Part shown: positions 1-12,806 of the stretch, piece after piece
Numbering within the stretch: the stretch's first letter is position 1
How the letters are laid out: each line of letters opens with the position of its first letter
Origin: the human T2T-CHM13v2.0 reference genome, Homo sapiens
Reading direction: 5' to 3' (one strand)
Length of the DNA: 64,000 bases
Assembly: GCF_009914755.1 (NCBI RefSeq)
Contig: NC_060930.1
Program-made: the position numbers and the translations under genes
The notes under the pieces: generated by a model
What the model was told of the DNA's origin: nothing
Database searches by the model: none
Seen by the model: only the letters and a program-made list of their open reading frames with translations

Positions 1-737
1 TGGGAACACACTCATGATTAACTGATGCTAGGGCAACAGAAAAATGGGCTCATGTGTGCAACAGAAGATCCTCTATTGGGGAAAGATAAGAACTTTCTAG
101 GGGAAAACCCAAGTTATCGGTGATGGAGTAATATCCTATAAGACAAACCACAACTTCATAAGCTGAGTCCAGTTTCACATTGGCCCAGGATCTGGGCTGG
201 ATAAAGTCCTTCCATATGACACTTCTGTGGGTGGCCCACTGGCCTCAGCAGTAAACAGAATATCCATGGAGGGCAGTCTCCTGCATCTGATCACTTTCCA
301 CTCAATAGAATTCCTCCTGGGAGATGGTAGGTGGGAGGGTGAGTAGGAGAAGTGTGGAAACATTTTGATCAATAAGAAATTTCTCAAGCTTTTAACACTT
401 GCTTTTTGAGGAGGACTCTATTAGCATTTTTACCTATTTATTTTCTTTGTTTAGTTTCATGACTAAATCTTAGCAAAAAGCCTGCTCCTACATAAAGGAC
501 AGGCATCTTTCCAAGCCCATGCCAAGATGGTCACTGTCATCAGGCATTCACTGTGAAGGAGACTGCCAGTTATCATCTGGTTGGTGCTATGCTGGGATGG
601 GATAGGCAGGGAACAGGAAGATATTTGTGGTTTCTTGTGGTTCCTTCCATCCCTTTTCAAATGTCCTCTCTTGTGGACCTACTGATGAAGTATCAGCTGT
701 TCTACTGGCCTATGGTTGTCTAGGAAGATTTATATCA

Positions 738-805
738 TATTATATTATATTATATTATATTATATTATTATATTATATTATATTATACTATTATATTATA
801 TTATA
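738..805. repeat. (ATATT)n pentanucleotide microsatellite
   Basis: About 13 near-perfect units. Confidence 0.95.
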
Positions 806-2369
806 ATATAATTTCACTTCCTTTCTGGTGTTTTCTAAGCCAATTACTTTTTTATGATACAAATGGATGTATTGATGTACCATACGTTTCTCTCTGTCTT
901 CAGCTTTCTCATTTGCTTGTGCCAATCCCTGGTAAAATAAAATCCATCTGACTATGTCAAGAGAACAAAGTCATGGCCATGAAGGCCTAGTGCTACTTTT
1001 TGAATGGGACTGACTTGAACTTTTCCATGCTGATAGGAAAAATCTGCCCCCTTCCACCCCCCGTCACAACAGTAAAAGAGAGTATCCATTTGAACTCCAT
1101 TCTACTTGCTTCTCATCGCCACGAGGAGCTTCCACTGCAATGACATCTCTTTCCAGCCCTCTCCAGCTCCCTCACTTGCTCCTTACCTGATTGGTGAGTT
1201 TAGGTGGAAGCAAAGGAAATTGCTCCATTCAAACTTCCCAAGCTCTCTCTCAAAACTGCTGGCCTGCATAGCAGGTGTATTTGGGTCTGTCCTCAGTATA
1301 TGGACAGATTACTGGGTGAACTTTGCCCTTAAATGGGTGTCCTCTGATTTCTAGTTCAACCTGTCATGGAGCAGGTAAGAATATTTCTGAAGTTGGTGTC
1401 AGGATGACAATGGAGACCACTGATTTAAATCCATGTTCTCTAATCTGCTTTACCAAAAGTAAAGCTGCCCTTTTGATCTCCATCTGTCTGTCTCTTGGTT
1501 CTTATTTCTCAATCAGTTCAAAACTTGACAATGGGGTGTTATTTAATTGAGCCCTTAAATTCCAATATATAATCCCCACAAGCAACTTAACTTGTGACAG
1601 GTGAATAAATAATAGTTATTCACATGGTTCAATTTCCATGTCATCCATCCTGGAAACCTCATTTAAAAACTTCTGGACATAGAACCTTGCCTCTAACCAA
1701 CCTATTGGGGCCCTGGGTGTGCTTTCTCCAACAGAGCTACTACATGACCTAGATTGGTATAAATTATTGTTGACACTTTCAAGCTGAAGGCCTAGAGCTG
1801 TCATTAGGGGACCTGGTCCCAGGGCCCAACTGATCCTGGCAAATGTACTCACAAAAGACCCTGGGTCTGTGGCTACAGGCGACCTAGAAACTCTCTTCCT
1901 CTGTGAAATATTCAGAATTTATGACCTCCCACATGAAGTAATATTGTAATTCAGATGGTTGCAGGAGTCTGTTTCTGTAGAGCCCTCTCCAATATCTCTG
2001 ATTTAAAATGCACTTGACCTTTGATTGCCGTCATAAATTCAGCAGCCAAACCAGAAGACCCTAAATGTGAGCAGCTTTGTGAGACCATACAAAATTCTGC
2101 CTCTATCCCCAGATCCCATTTGATTGATGTAAGGATTGTTAATCTTTGGGACTTTCCCCCTATCATCATTTTCCTATTTCTACCTACAGCCTCTTAGCAG
2201 AACTCCAAACTAGTTCCAACTCCAGGCTATCCTTCACCAGGCAAAGTCTGTCTAATGACCTATCTTTAATGGATGTGTTATATTAGAATGTGTTTGGAAA
2301 TTTAATGTTGGCTTTAACAAATAGGAATTTGTGTCATATGATAAAAAGTTTGGAGGCAGTTGGCTGTGC

Positions 2370-2891
2370 CCATTGTCCACCTCTTTTTGCCCTGCTTTGT
2401 GCTCTGGGAAGGTGATCTCTAAGGAGTGTGTTACCTGTGCTCTCTAACCCCTGTACTTTGGATTGGGTTGGCCAATGGATTGGGTTGGCCAACAATGGAT
2501 TAGGCTGGCCAACTTTGGATTGGGTTGGCCAACAGCTGGAGATCACAAACAGGGAGGAGAGAGAAGTTGGGATATTTCTTTTCCTGGCTTCCTCTATGTT
2601 GGACCCAGTTGGTTTGTGGCTGGAATCTTTTACCTAAAACAACAGTTCTTATGGGGAATCCCTTCTCTATTTTCTCCTGGTTCAAGCCTCTTGTATTAAT
2701 ACCTTCCTCTCCTTCCCTTTCAAGCTTGAAGTTTTAATGGCTCCTCACTGTTGATGGTTCCTGAGGTTTCATTATTCCTTATTGATTCTCCTCGGCTCGC
2801 CCACACCTTTGTAAAGAGAGGCCCTGTATGAACCTCTGTTTAGTCACTCTTTGAGTGTGCCACCTGTTTCCTGCTGGTACTCTGATTGATA
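2370..2891 (+). mobile_element. ERVL solo LTR, LTR33-like
   Basis: gccctgctttgtgctctgggaagg...ggagatcacaaacagggaggagagagaagttgggatattt...gcccacacctttgtaaa...tttgagtgtgccacctgtttcctgctgg resembles the LTR33 consensus. Confidence 0.65.
2455..2533. repeat. Four-copy tandem repeat TGGATTGGGTTGGCCAA(cnn)
   Basis: Units start at 2459, 2476, 2496 and 2516. Confidence 0.9.
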
Positions 2892-3883
2892 TGGCATCTG
2901 GTGGCATTGATTCAATAGAGCAAAGCTATTATATCTGTGACATTTCTGTGATTCTCTTGGCCTTTCCTTGGTGGTTGCAATATAGATGCTACTGCATCTG
3001 TCGGTGTTCCAGGCAGAAAGAAGGGGATGGGGGAGCCAGCTGACTCCTATTCCATTTAGCAGAAAAAGAAAGGTCTTTTCTTCAGCCCTAGGGGATCCTA
3101 GTTGAGGGGCCACACAGTGCCTTTAGGATTTCCAGGGTGATAAGAAAAAGGGGAAATCAACATTTACTGAGCACCTACTACAGATCAGGCAATGTATTAG
3201 ATGCTTTACACACCTCACTGCCTCCAGTTGAAGCAGGTACAGAGAGGTAAAGGGACTACCTTAAGGTTATTCAGCTCGAAACTTGCAGGGAGGGAATTTC
3301 AACATCACTATTCTTCCAGCAGCAATCAAACATTTATTCAATGAGATCTTATGTGGAATAAAAATGAAAAAAGATGAAAGCTAAGCCCCTCTAGTTAAGC
3401 CAGGGAAAGGACCTGAAGATGTTAAAAAGAATGCCTTGCCCTTACACCATCCCATGGGGTGGCCCTAAGACTCTTCTGCAGAACTCCAGGGTTTCTTGGA
3501 GCAGAGTTTGAAAACCACCACTTTCTACTCTGCTAGAAGCACACACAGAGCTCCCCAATAAAAAACAATTTGAACAAAGCAAATACTGGAAAAACCTTAT
3601 TGACTTATCCAGTCCTTGACTCCATGCTATTCTTTTCTTTCAAGTCTATCTTTACTTTTAATATGAATATTTATTTTTATTAATGCAATACATGCATATT
3701 GTTTAAAAAAATCAAATAGTATTAAAATGCTTCTGGTAGAAAAATATGCACCAGAAATCTGCTCCCTGAAGCAACCACTTTCTACACTTTTAGCTTCATC
3801 TTGTGGCATTTATCTCCACATTTCTAAATATAATGTTTTTGTTTCTATTTCTTATTTCTTTTTTGATTATTATCTACTGACTT

Positions 3884-4179
3884 TTTTTTTTTTTGAGATA
3901 GAGTCTCGCTGTGTGCCAGTGCCAAGCTGGAGTGCAATGCTACAATCTTGGCTCACTGCAACCTCCGCCTCCTGGGTTGAAGTGACTCTCCTGCCTCAGC
4001 TTCCCGAGTAGCTGGGACTATAGGCACCCACCACAACACCTGGCTAATTTTTTTGTATTTTTAGTAGAGATGGGGTTTCACCATGTTGGCCAGGATGGTC
4101 TCAATCTCTTGACCTCATGATCCACCTGCCTTCACCTCCCAGAGTGCTGGGATTACAGGCATGAGCCACTGCACCCGGC
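3884..4179 (-). mobile_element. Alu, AluSc-like
   Basis: Full dimer with poly-T. TSD tctactgactt at 3873-3883 and 4180-4190. Confidence 0.93.
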
Positions 4180-4499
4180 TCTACTGACTTCTTATTGTGG
4201 CAGATAAGTGTTTAGTTCTTTTATAATCCCCCTTTTTCCTGCTCCACCTATTTAAGGTAATTACAATTTTTATCAAAATCAGCTTTTACTTTATTATATT
4301 GAGTCAAACAATTCAGTATAATTACATTATTTTTCTTGTACAGCTCCTCCTCCCCACACTTCAAGTTTGTATTTGATTCATGTTTCCATTTCCTGAGTTT
4401 TCCTTATACATATTATTTCCTCCAAACATTCCAGTTTACTTGTAACTGTTTTTTTATTCATTGTGTTTGTTATTTGTTTCTTTTTTAAAAAAATCTTCC

Positions 4500-7400
4500 T
4501 CTTTTTTGCTTTTTTGTAGGCATTTTATATGATTCCATTTTCTCTCCTCTCAGCATATCAATTATATTTCTTTAATTTTTTTAGAGGTTGCCCTTGAGTT
4601 TGCAATACACATTTATAAGTAATCCAGATCCACTTTCAAATGACACTATACCACTTCATGGGTGGTGCATGTCCAATTCCTTCCTCTTATTCCTTATAGT
4701 ATCATTGGCATTTATTTCATTTATTCATATGCTATATCACCCAATACATTGTTATTATTATTACTTTGAACAAACAGTTATCCATAGATCAGGTAAAAAT
4801 AGGAAAAATATTTTATTTTACTTTTTTTTCCTTCTCTGACACCCTTTCTTTCTTTATGTAGAGCCATATTTCTAACCTATGTCATTTCCACCTCACCAAA
4901 GAAGTTTGCTTTGGCATTTTTTTCTTTTCAAGACAAGTCTGCTGGTGACAAATAGCCACAGTTGTATTTGCCTGAGAAAATCTGTTACTTCTTCACTTTT
5001 GAAGGATAATTTCACTGGATACAGAATTTAAGACTGGTGGTTTTTTCTTTTAACACTTTCAATATTTCATTCTACTTACTTTTGGTTTTTGTGGTTTCTG
5101 ATGAGTACAGTGTAATTTTTATACTTGTTCTTCCATAGATAAGGTGTTTTTTTCCCCTCTGGCTTCTATCAAGGTTTCATTGACTTTGGTTTTCTGCAGT
5201 TTGAATATGATACCCAGGTGTAGATTTTTTTCAGGGGTTGGACATTTATTCTGCTTGGTGTTTTATAACTTTTTGGAATTTGTGGTTTGGTTTCTGTGAT
5301 CAATTTTAGAAAATTCTCAGCTGTTATAACTTCAAATAATTCTTTGGCTCCTTTCTCTTTGTTTCTTTTTCTGGTATCCCATTATGCATAGGTTATACCT
5401 TTTGTAATTGTCCCAGGGTTCTTGAATATTATCTTTCATTTTTTTCATTCTTTTTTCTCTTTGAATTTCAGTTTAGAAAGTTTCTATCAACATAGATTTA
5501 GGCTCACTAATTCTTTTTTTGGCTGTGTCCAGTGTCCTGATGAACCCATCAAAGGCATTCTTAATTTTTGTTAAATTTTTTTATTTCTAACATTTCCTTT
5601 TTATCTTTTCTTAAAAGTTTCATCTCTCTGCTTATATTACCCATCTATTCTTGCATATTGTCTATTTCTTCCATCAGAGACCATAGTATATTAATTTTAG
5701 TTATTTTAAATTCATGGACTGATAATTCTAAATCCCTGCCATATATGAGTCTGGTTTTGATGCTGCGTTGTCTTTGCAGATCATGTTTCTCCTTGCATTT
5801 TACTATGACTTGTAAATTTTTGTTGAAGATTAGACATGATACTAGGAGTTGAGGTAGATAGGCCTTTAGTGTGAGATTTTATGTTTATCTGGCTAGGAGT
5901 TAGGCTGTGTTTATTGTTTGCTGTAGCTCTGGATATTAGAGGCGTCAGTTTCCTCTAGCGTCTTCATTTTTGTCTCCTTTTGTCTTCAGGTTTTCCTAGA
6001 TACTCCTTCTTAAGTAAAGTCTGAGCATTGCAGTTCTTTCTGCCATAATCCACTGTTATTATATAAGAGCCTGACTGATGTGATGGTAAGATATGGGGAG
6101 AAGGAAAAACATTCTATATCTCTACAATTAGGTCTCAGTTTTTAGTGGGCCTGTGCCTCTGGGCTTTGATCTTCATAAGTGCTTGTCACACTCCCCTGTC
6201 CCCTGTAGATGAGACAGAAAGGCTCTATGGGATTTTTCTCTGCTCTTTTCCTAACAAGCTGATGGGGCTCCTTAGAGGTAACATTCATGTAAGTGGGGGC
6301 CCCCTCAGGAAAAAACCACCCCAAGAATTTTAAACTCTCATGCTAGCCCACACTCAAATGCTTAGCAATTTTTTGATTTTACTTTTGAAGTGTTCAAATG
6401 ATTACAGATTCCAGTAGCTTCTGATTCAGGTAAACTGATCTGTATTCTTTGTATTCACCTGTCTCTTCAGTTTTCAGGGTGGTAGTTTGCCAATTCTCTG
6501 ACAGGTATAAGAAACGTGGTTGATTTTCAGTCTGTTCAGGTTTTTTTTTCTTATTGTGAGGACAAGGATGATGACTTCCATGTTTCTTATATGTTGACAT
6601 GAACATGGACGGCCCAGTGTATTTGTAAAATAGTGCTGCCTTGCAGTACTATTTTCTGTGTGTTCAGATACATCATGTAATCTATCAGTTATGAGTTGTT
6701 TTTTTTTTTCTGGAGACCTCCTTTCTGGAATTTCATAGTCTCTGGACTGGAATGATTGCTCTCAAGCCTACTGCAAAGTTGTCGTTCAGGGACTGCCTTC
6801 ACCACCATTGTGAGAATTTTCTTTGCCTGTCTTGTGCATAGGATTTTCTATTTTCTGGCTCTACTCTCTCATTTTAGGTGGAGCAAATTCTTCAGAATCT
6901 CCTTGGAAAGGGGCTCATAGGAGATACATTTTTTTTGGTCATTAACTACTGTAAATACATTATTTTATTTTATTCTCTATCATACTGGATTGGTGATTAG
7001 GTACAGAATTATAGATTGGAAATATTTCCTCTTAGCATTTTCAAGATATTGCAGTATATTAATAAATAGTTTTGCAAATTCTAATACTAAAATGATCCGT
7101 GTTGCTTTTTATTATTTGCCCATTTGGAATCTACTAAGGTTTTTCTTCATTTCTGGTAATGTGAAAATTCAAGATGATGTGCTTTGGTGTAGATTTTTAA
7201 AAAATTATTCTACTGGGCACTTGGAGGTCCTTTCAGTCTGGAAATTCACATGCTTCAGTACTGAGAAATGTATTGAGTAACTCCTTTGAACATTTTCTTC
7301 TCTTTTTCTTTTCTTTTTCTTGAAACTGTTATTTGTCAGATATTGAAACCTGTGAATTGATCCTCTGACACTTATTTTTCTTTCCATTTTTTTATTTTTT

Positions 7401-7740
7401 AAGATTATTCTTTGGAGATTTCTTTGACTTAATTGTTCAACCCTTCTTTTAAATTTTAGCTTGGGTATTAAATTCTAGCTTGGATATTGCTATTTTAATT
7501 TCTAAGAATTCTTTCTTATTTGCTGATGTGTTTTTATTTTAATAGACTATTCTTCTTGTTTTAAGTGATGCAATATTTTCACTCCTACCTGAGGATATTA
7601 TTTGTGATTTTTTAAAAGTTTTCTTCTTTTTTCTGTATCATCATTATTTCTTTTTATTGTTTTCTTTTTCCCATTTATTCATGTTGGTCTCTATTTTCCA
7701 TGTTGGAAGACTTTCTCAGACATCTTGTACTCTGGCACTA
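4500..7740 (-). mobile_element. Highly degraded old L1 (L1MC/MD/ME-type) fragments
   Basis: T-rich sequence with L1M ORF1-region motifs, e.g. cttcacttttgaaggataatttcactggatacagaatt. Boundaries approximate. Confidence 0.7.
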
Positions 7741-7873
7741 AACAGCTGAAGTGAATCTCACGTGCATGGGTTGAGTTTATTAAGTAGGGTTCATCAAAGG
7801 ATAATTATGGGATAATTGTTTTTTAGGAGAAAACAGTAAATGTTAGCATTTGTAATCATTTCTCTGAGGTTGC

Positions 7874-8184
7874 GTGACAGAGATTGTAAATGCTTACCCA
7901 ATACTCATGTGCTTATCTAAATTTTCCATCTCCCTTTTAGTTAGAGTGGGGCCATATGACTTGATTCTGGCCAATGAGGTGTGGGTCAATTTGTGCACAT
8001 CTTGTACAATCCTCAAACTCTCTCTTTTCCTCCTGTAATGCTATCAGATTCTACATGTTCTAGATGTTTAGCTATGATATAGAGACACACAATCTGACCT
8101 GTTCCAGACTGATGAGAGTAAGAAACACACTTTTTAAAGGATTTGTTAGTTGTTACAGCAAGGCCTATTCTTTCTGATTAATAC
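7874..8184 (+). mobile_element. MaLR LTR (old MLT1)
   Basis: gttagagtggggccatatgacttgattctggccaatgag ... ttgttacagca...tgattaatac. Confidence 0.6.
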
Positions 8185-8562
8185 GGGCCAGTTTCTCCAG
8201 AAAATAACCCTTTAGTTCTCTGCTTGGGGAGAATATGCCTGATTGTCAGCGTTTGACAGCAAGAGTGGGGAGGAATAGATAAAGATCTTCTCTTGGCCAC
8301 AAAGGTGGTGAAGCAAATTTAGGGGTGTGTAATTACTCAGCACAAAAACTTTCATCACTTTCCTTTTCAGTCTCGTGCCTTGCCCCTGCTTTACCAACAC
8401 CTACCTGGCCTTTCCTATGTCTCACTGGGTTTGCTTCCCTTTGTCCTCTTTCTCTGTAGACGCTTAGGGTTCAGCCTCTTTTACATCAGTTACCACTCTT
8501 CTGTTTGTTTTCCATTTTTTATGTTTAAAAAATATTGTTCACTTGCCATTGTCCTCTCTTTT

Positions 8563-8701
8563 TTTTTTTTTTTTTTAATTATACTCTAAGTTTTAGGGTA
8601 CATGTGCACATTGTGCAGGTTAGTTACATATGTATACATGTGCCATGCTGGTGCGCTGCACCCACTAATGTGTCATCTAGCATTAGGTATATCTCCCAAT
8701 G
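8563..8701 (-). mobile_element. L1HS-Ta, 5'-truncated (~125 bp plus poly-A)
   Basis: Ta-diagnostic ACA (8669-8671) and 3'-terminal G (8586). TSD tgtcctctctttt at 8550-8562 and 8700-8712, with a TTTT/AA endonuclease site. Confidence 0.95.
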
Positions 8702-9049
8702 TCCTCTCTTTTAACTCTTCGCCCTTGTGTATGTACACACTTAAAAAAAATTCCTTCACTGAATTTTAATGGGGCTTCAGAAGAAAGAGGGCATAAAATG
8801 TGTGGTCAATTAGTCATGTTTATCTGGATGTCTTCCCTTTACTTCAATACTTAGGTTACCATTTTGGGGTTCGGGTGGGACTTCTTGCTCCAGATGTCAT
8901 ATTTCCACTGTTCTCTTAAGTGGCTTCTTAATGGCACATCTGTTGTTAACCCTCCTGGTCCAGATCTTGGACAAATCTTGATGCCCAAATATTCATTCCT
9001 TTAACCAAGCACATGTGTCTGTGTGGGAGGCTGTCCTCCGAGGGTGATG

Positions 9050-9520
9050 GCCTAGCCAATGAGCCCTTTATCAACTAACATCTGCCTATTGGTCCAACTA
9101 CCTATTCAAGTTGCCTCCTCCTCCCACCTCCACCCCTCCTGGCACATGTTATACCTAAATCTGACTGGATTTTACTCTCCACAACTTCCATGCATGTGCT
9201 ATTCCCTCTGCCTACTATGTCCTGCCCCATTTGTTTACCTGGTGAGCTTTTACTCAGCTATCAAGACTTAAGCCAAGAGATACAACTTCTGCTTAGTCTT
9301 TGTGGATAGCTTTCCTGCTCTTACCCTCAGGCAGAGGTAAAATTTATCTTCTGTGCCCCAATTAATCTTTCATTTATCTTTGATATATAGCACTTGCTTT
9401 GTTTTACTTCATTAATTGCTCTGTTTCAACTTTGAGGGCAGAGACTTATTTGTCCTTGGGTCCTAGTGCTTGAAACTGTCTTTGCCAAAGAATAAGCACC
9501 TGACACATGTTTGTTGAAAG
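9050..9520 (+). mobile_element. L2 3' relic
   Basis: gctattccctctgcct...tttgagggcagagact...aataagcacctgacacatgtttgttgaa. Confidence 0.55.
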
Positions 9521-9747
9521 TACTCAGGACACGTTTTCTCCATTCTCCTGCTACTTGTGGGCAGATGGAAGTCTGAAACACCCAGAACTCAGGGCTCTTT
9601 ACACTTTTCTTGGGGAGTTCTGGGAAGGGAGAAATTATGACCTTCGGCAGAAGCCATTTACTCTCAGCTGACACCTTGTCCCTAATAACTAAAATCTCTC
9701 ATGCTGCATGTAAGCCTATTTCCTCTGATTCAGCAAAGCCTCTCCTA

Positions 9748-10073
<326 letters not shown>

Positions 10074-10594
10074 TCATTCAACCCCAGTAAGTTCCTCCTA
10101 GATCACATTTTCCTTTTTTTTTTTTTTTTGCCATTCTTTTCTAGATCCTATAAAATAGCGTTGTTAAAATGAAGAAAAATACAAGTAAGTGAACCTGATT
10201 CTCTAACTCTTTTAGAGAAATAGCTGTGTGTAACACTGGGTCAATCCTCAGAGCTTTATGCTGGGTAAAAGGATTACCCAGTCATTCCACTAGAGTAGAG
10301 AGTAATGAATGGCACTTTTCCCCCAGAGTACACGCTCCAGTTGAGTGCACAGTGGACATCGTCCTAGCAGGATGCTAACAGCTTCAGCATACCTGCTATG
10401 TTATTGCTTTGCTTTCAGAGAGTGATGCCTAATAGGTCAAACCAGAGGGCCTTAATCTTATAGATCCAAAACTCAGCTTGCTCCAACCCTGAGTCATGAT
10501 GAAATCGGAGTTCCACGCCTGTCAGCCTACCATTCGTGTACCCCAAAGGCTCATATAGTCTGTCAGAGAATACTTTAGGGAGGGCCACCATGTT

Positions 10595-10630
10595 AGCAGC
10601 AGCAGCAGCAACAACGGCAACAACAACAAC
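10595..10630. repeat. (AGC)5-(AAC)n compound trinucleotide repeat
   Basis: agcagcagcagcagcaacaacggcaacaacaacaac. Confidence 0.9.
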
Positions 10631-12039
10631 ACTACGACTGCCCGGGAAACAAAGGACACAAAGGAAAAAAAGAAGAGCAAAAGATGTGCAAACAAACCTT
10701 TCTGCATGCTGGGTGGATTTCAAAGAAAGAGAAGATTTTACTTTTTTCTGTTTATTTTTCGGGAATTAAAATTATCTGCAAAAGGGAAAGCGTGAATATG
10801 TAAGTAGTAACTAAAATAAAGTTCACAAACTCAGATGCATTCAGATGACAGCCATATGACTTAAAAGGGGCAAGGTCCCAAGGAATAACACTTGCAAGGA
10901 GTGGGTTCTGGGGAGAGGGGTGTGTTTGTTTCTCACCTAGACGGATTCAAACTTTGAAAAACACCTACCAGCATCTGGGAGTTTGGAGTTTCCTAATTAA
11001 GATGATGCTATCAAATCAGGCATGTGATCGTAAGTATTACCTGGAGTGTGGTTACAAGCAAGAATCCCAGGGCTTTCCTATAAACCTCTAAAGAAGAATC
11101 TTCAGGGAAAGGTCCTGGGAATCAAGCTATCTAATATTTATTTATATATTAGCCAGATGACACTTATGATTCGGAACTTTTGGCGTACACCAAAATAAAA
11201 TGTATGGCCTAGTGCTTTCCAACCAAGTGCAGAGCTATTTGACTGGGGAGGGGTGGGGGCCAAACAATGGGCTCCCTTGGGGTGAATGTCATGAGATGGC
11301 AGTGAGGGCAGAGAGAACATCCTGAGTGAGGAGATGTGGATGCCGTGAATGGCTTGAATGCAACTGAGGAAAGTGATTAGGGCTATGTTGAGGTCTTGCG
11401 TGTGAGACAGTGGATTTACTAAGATTTCCACAATCACAGGGATTGATTTGAGGTGTTTGGAACTTAATGAGTGGAACTGTCTTTAAAGTGCATTTTGTCC
11501 CTACAGGAAACATAAGCTTGGAATGGGAAAATGGAGGCTTCTGCTGATAGGCCTACTGCTTTTTGAGTGCCTTGGCTGTCAAGGTATATTTGACATTTTT
11601 CTGGATCAAAAGATTCCAGAAATTGTCTAATTTTTATTTTTTCATTTGTGAAGGTCATTGGCAATAGATTACTTGATCTGCCAACTTCTGAAGGCAAAAT
11701 AAAATTCTATGATGAAAAATTGATGGTTTTCTCTGTGCCTTATTGAAATGTCATGTAGGTGTTAAGACAAAGATTAAAAATGCCCCTACTACAGCTTGGC
11801 ATATTAAAGGTAGAACAATTGTCAGGCTGTAGTTACATGTCACTATACTGCAGGAAAATAAAACAAGCTCATGATAAATGGAAAGGAGAATCAAACAAAT
11901 ACAGTATGACAAATAAACACATTGAAGATCCCTTTTCAAATAGATTAAATAGGCGTAGTACATAAACACAGATATTGGCCAACCAAGCTTGGAAATTTAC
12001 TATTTATGTATGTTGTTTAGTGGTTTAGGAGAATACTCA

Positions 12040-12335
12040 CTTATTTTCTCATAATATCTTTAGGCCTGAGCATGGCATAACTGGATTTTTTGCTCACAAG
12101 GCTGAAACCAAGGTATCAACTAGGCTGCATTCTCATCTGAAGCCTGGGTCCTCTTCCAAACACAATCAGTTTGTTGGCAGAATTTGGCTCCTTGTGGTTG
12201 TAAAACTGAAGTCCTCAGCTGTAGAGGCTGTCCCTCTCACTAGGCAGTTCATGGGATTGCTCCTTGAAGGCCAGCAAGAGAGCATTGTATTGCTTGCAGT
12301 ATCTAATTCAGGAAAGGCCTGAATGCCCCTCTTTT
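12040..12335 (-). mobile_element. MaLR LTR fragment (MLT1E/F-like)
   Basis: cacaaggctgaaaccaaggtatcaactaggctgcattctcatctgaag...gttggcagaatttggctccttgtggttgt. Confidence 0.6.
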
Positions 12336-12339
12336 TAAA

Positions 12340-12745
12340 AAATACATTTTACTGTATATGCTTAAGGTATAAAACATGATGTTATGGGAGACATATAGAC
12401 TGTTAAAAGGTTACTATAGTGAAGCGAGTTAACATATCCATTATCTTACATAGTTACCAATTTTTTGTTTGTTTCTGTAGCAAGAGCAGCTAAAATCTAC
12501 TCATTTAGCATGAGTCTCATATACAGTTCAATTTTATTACCTATAGTCCTCATGTTGTACATTAGATCTCTAGACCTGTTCATCTTACATATCTGCTACT
12601 TGTATCTTCTGACCTACATCTCCATATTTCCTTGCCCCTCCTTCTCCCACCAATACTCCACTCCCCTGCCCCTGGTAACCACTGTTTTGTTCTCTGTCTC
12701 TGTATATTTGAATTTTTTAAAGGTTCACATGAAAGTGAGGTCATG

Positions 12746-12747
<2 letters not shown>
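12340..12747 (-). mobile_element. L1MA8/9-like 3' end
   Basis: gttactatagtgaagcgagttaacatatcc...tagtcctcatgttgtacattagatctctagac. Confidence 0.75.

Positions 12748-12748
<1 letters not shown>

Positions 12749-12806
<58 letters not shown>
12749..12806. repeat. (TA)21 followed by T16
   Basis: Read directly from the sequence. Confidence 0.95.

Noticed and set aside
1-2300. Possible decayed LTR-retroelement internal region or processed pseudogene
   Set aside because: Partial hand translation gave no recognisable protein motif; a Dfam/tBLASTx search is needed.
2455-2533. CRISPR-like repeat array
   Set aside because: No unique spacers and no cas genes; it is a tandem duplication inside a mammalian LTR.
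10415-10769. Hydrophobic poly-Val/Ala/Leu ORFs resembling membrane microproteins
   Set aside because: Their composition comes from the trinucleotide repeat; they overlap in three frames on both strands with no recognisable homology.
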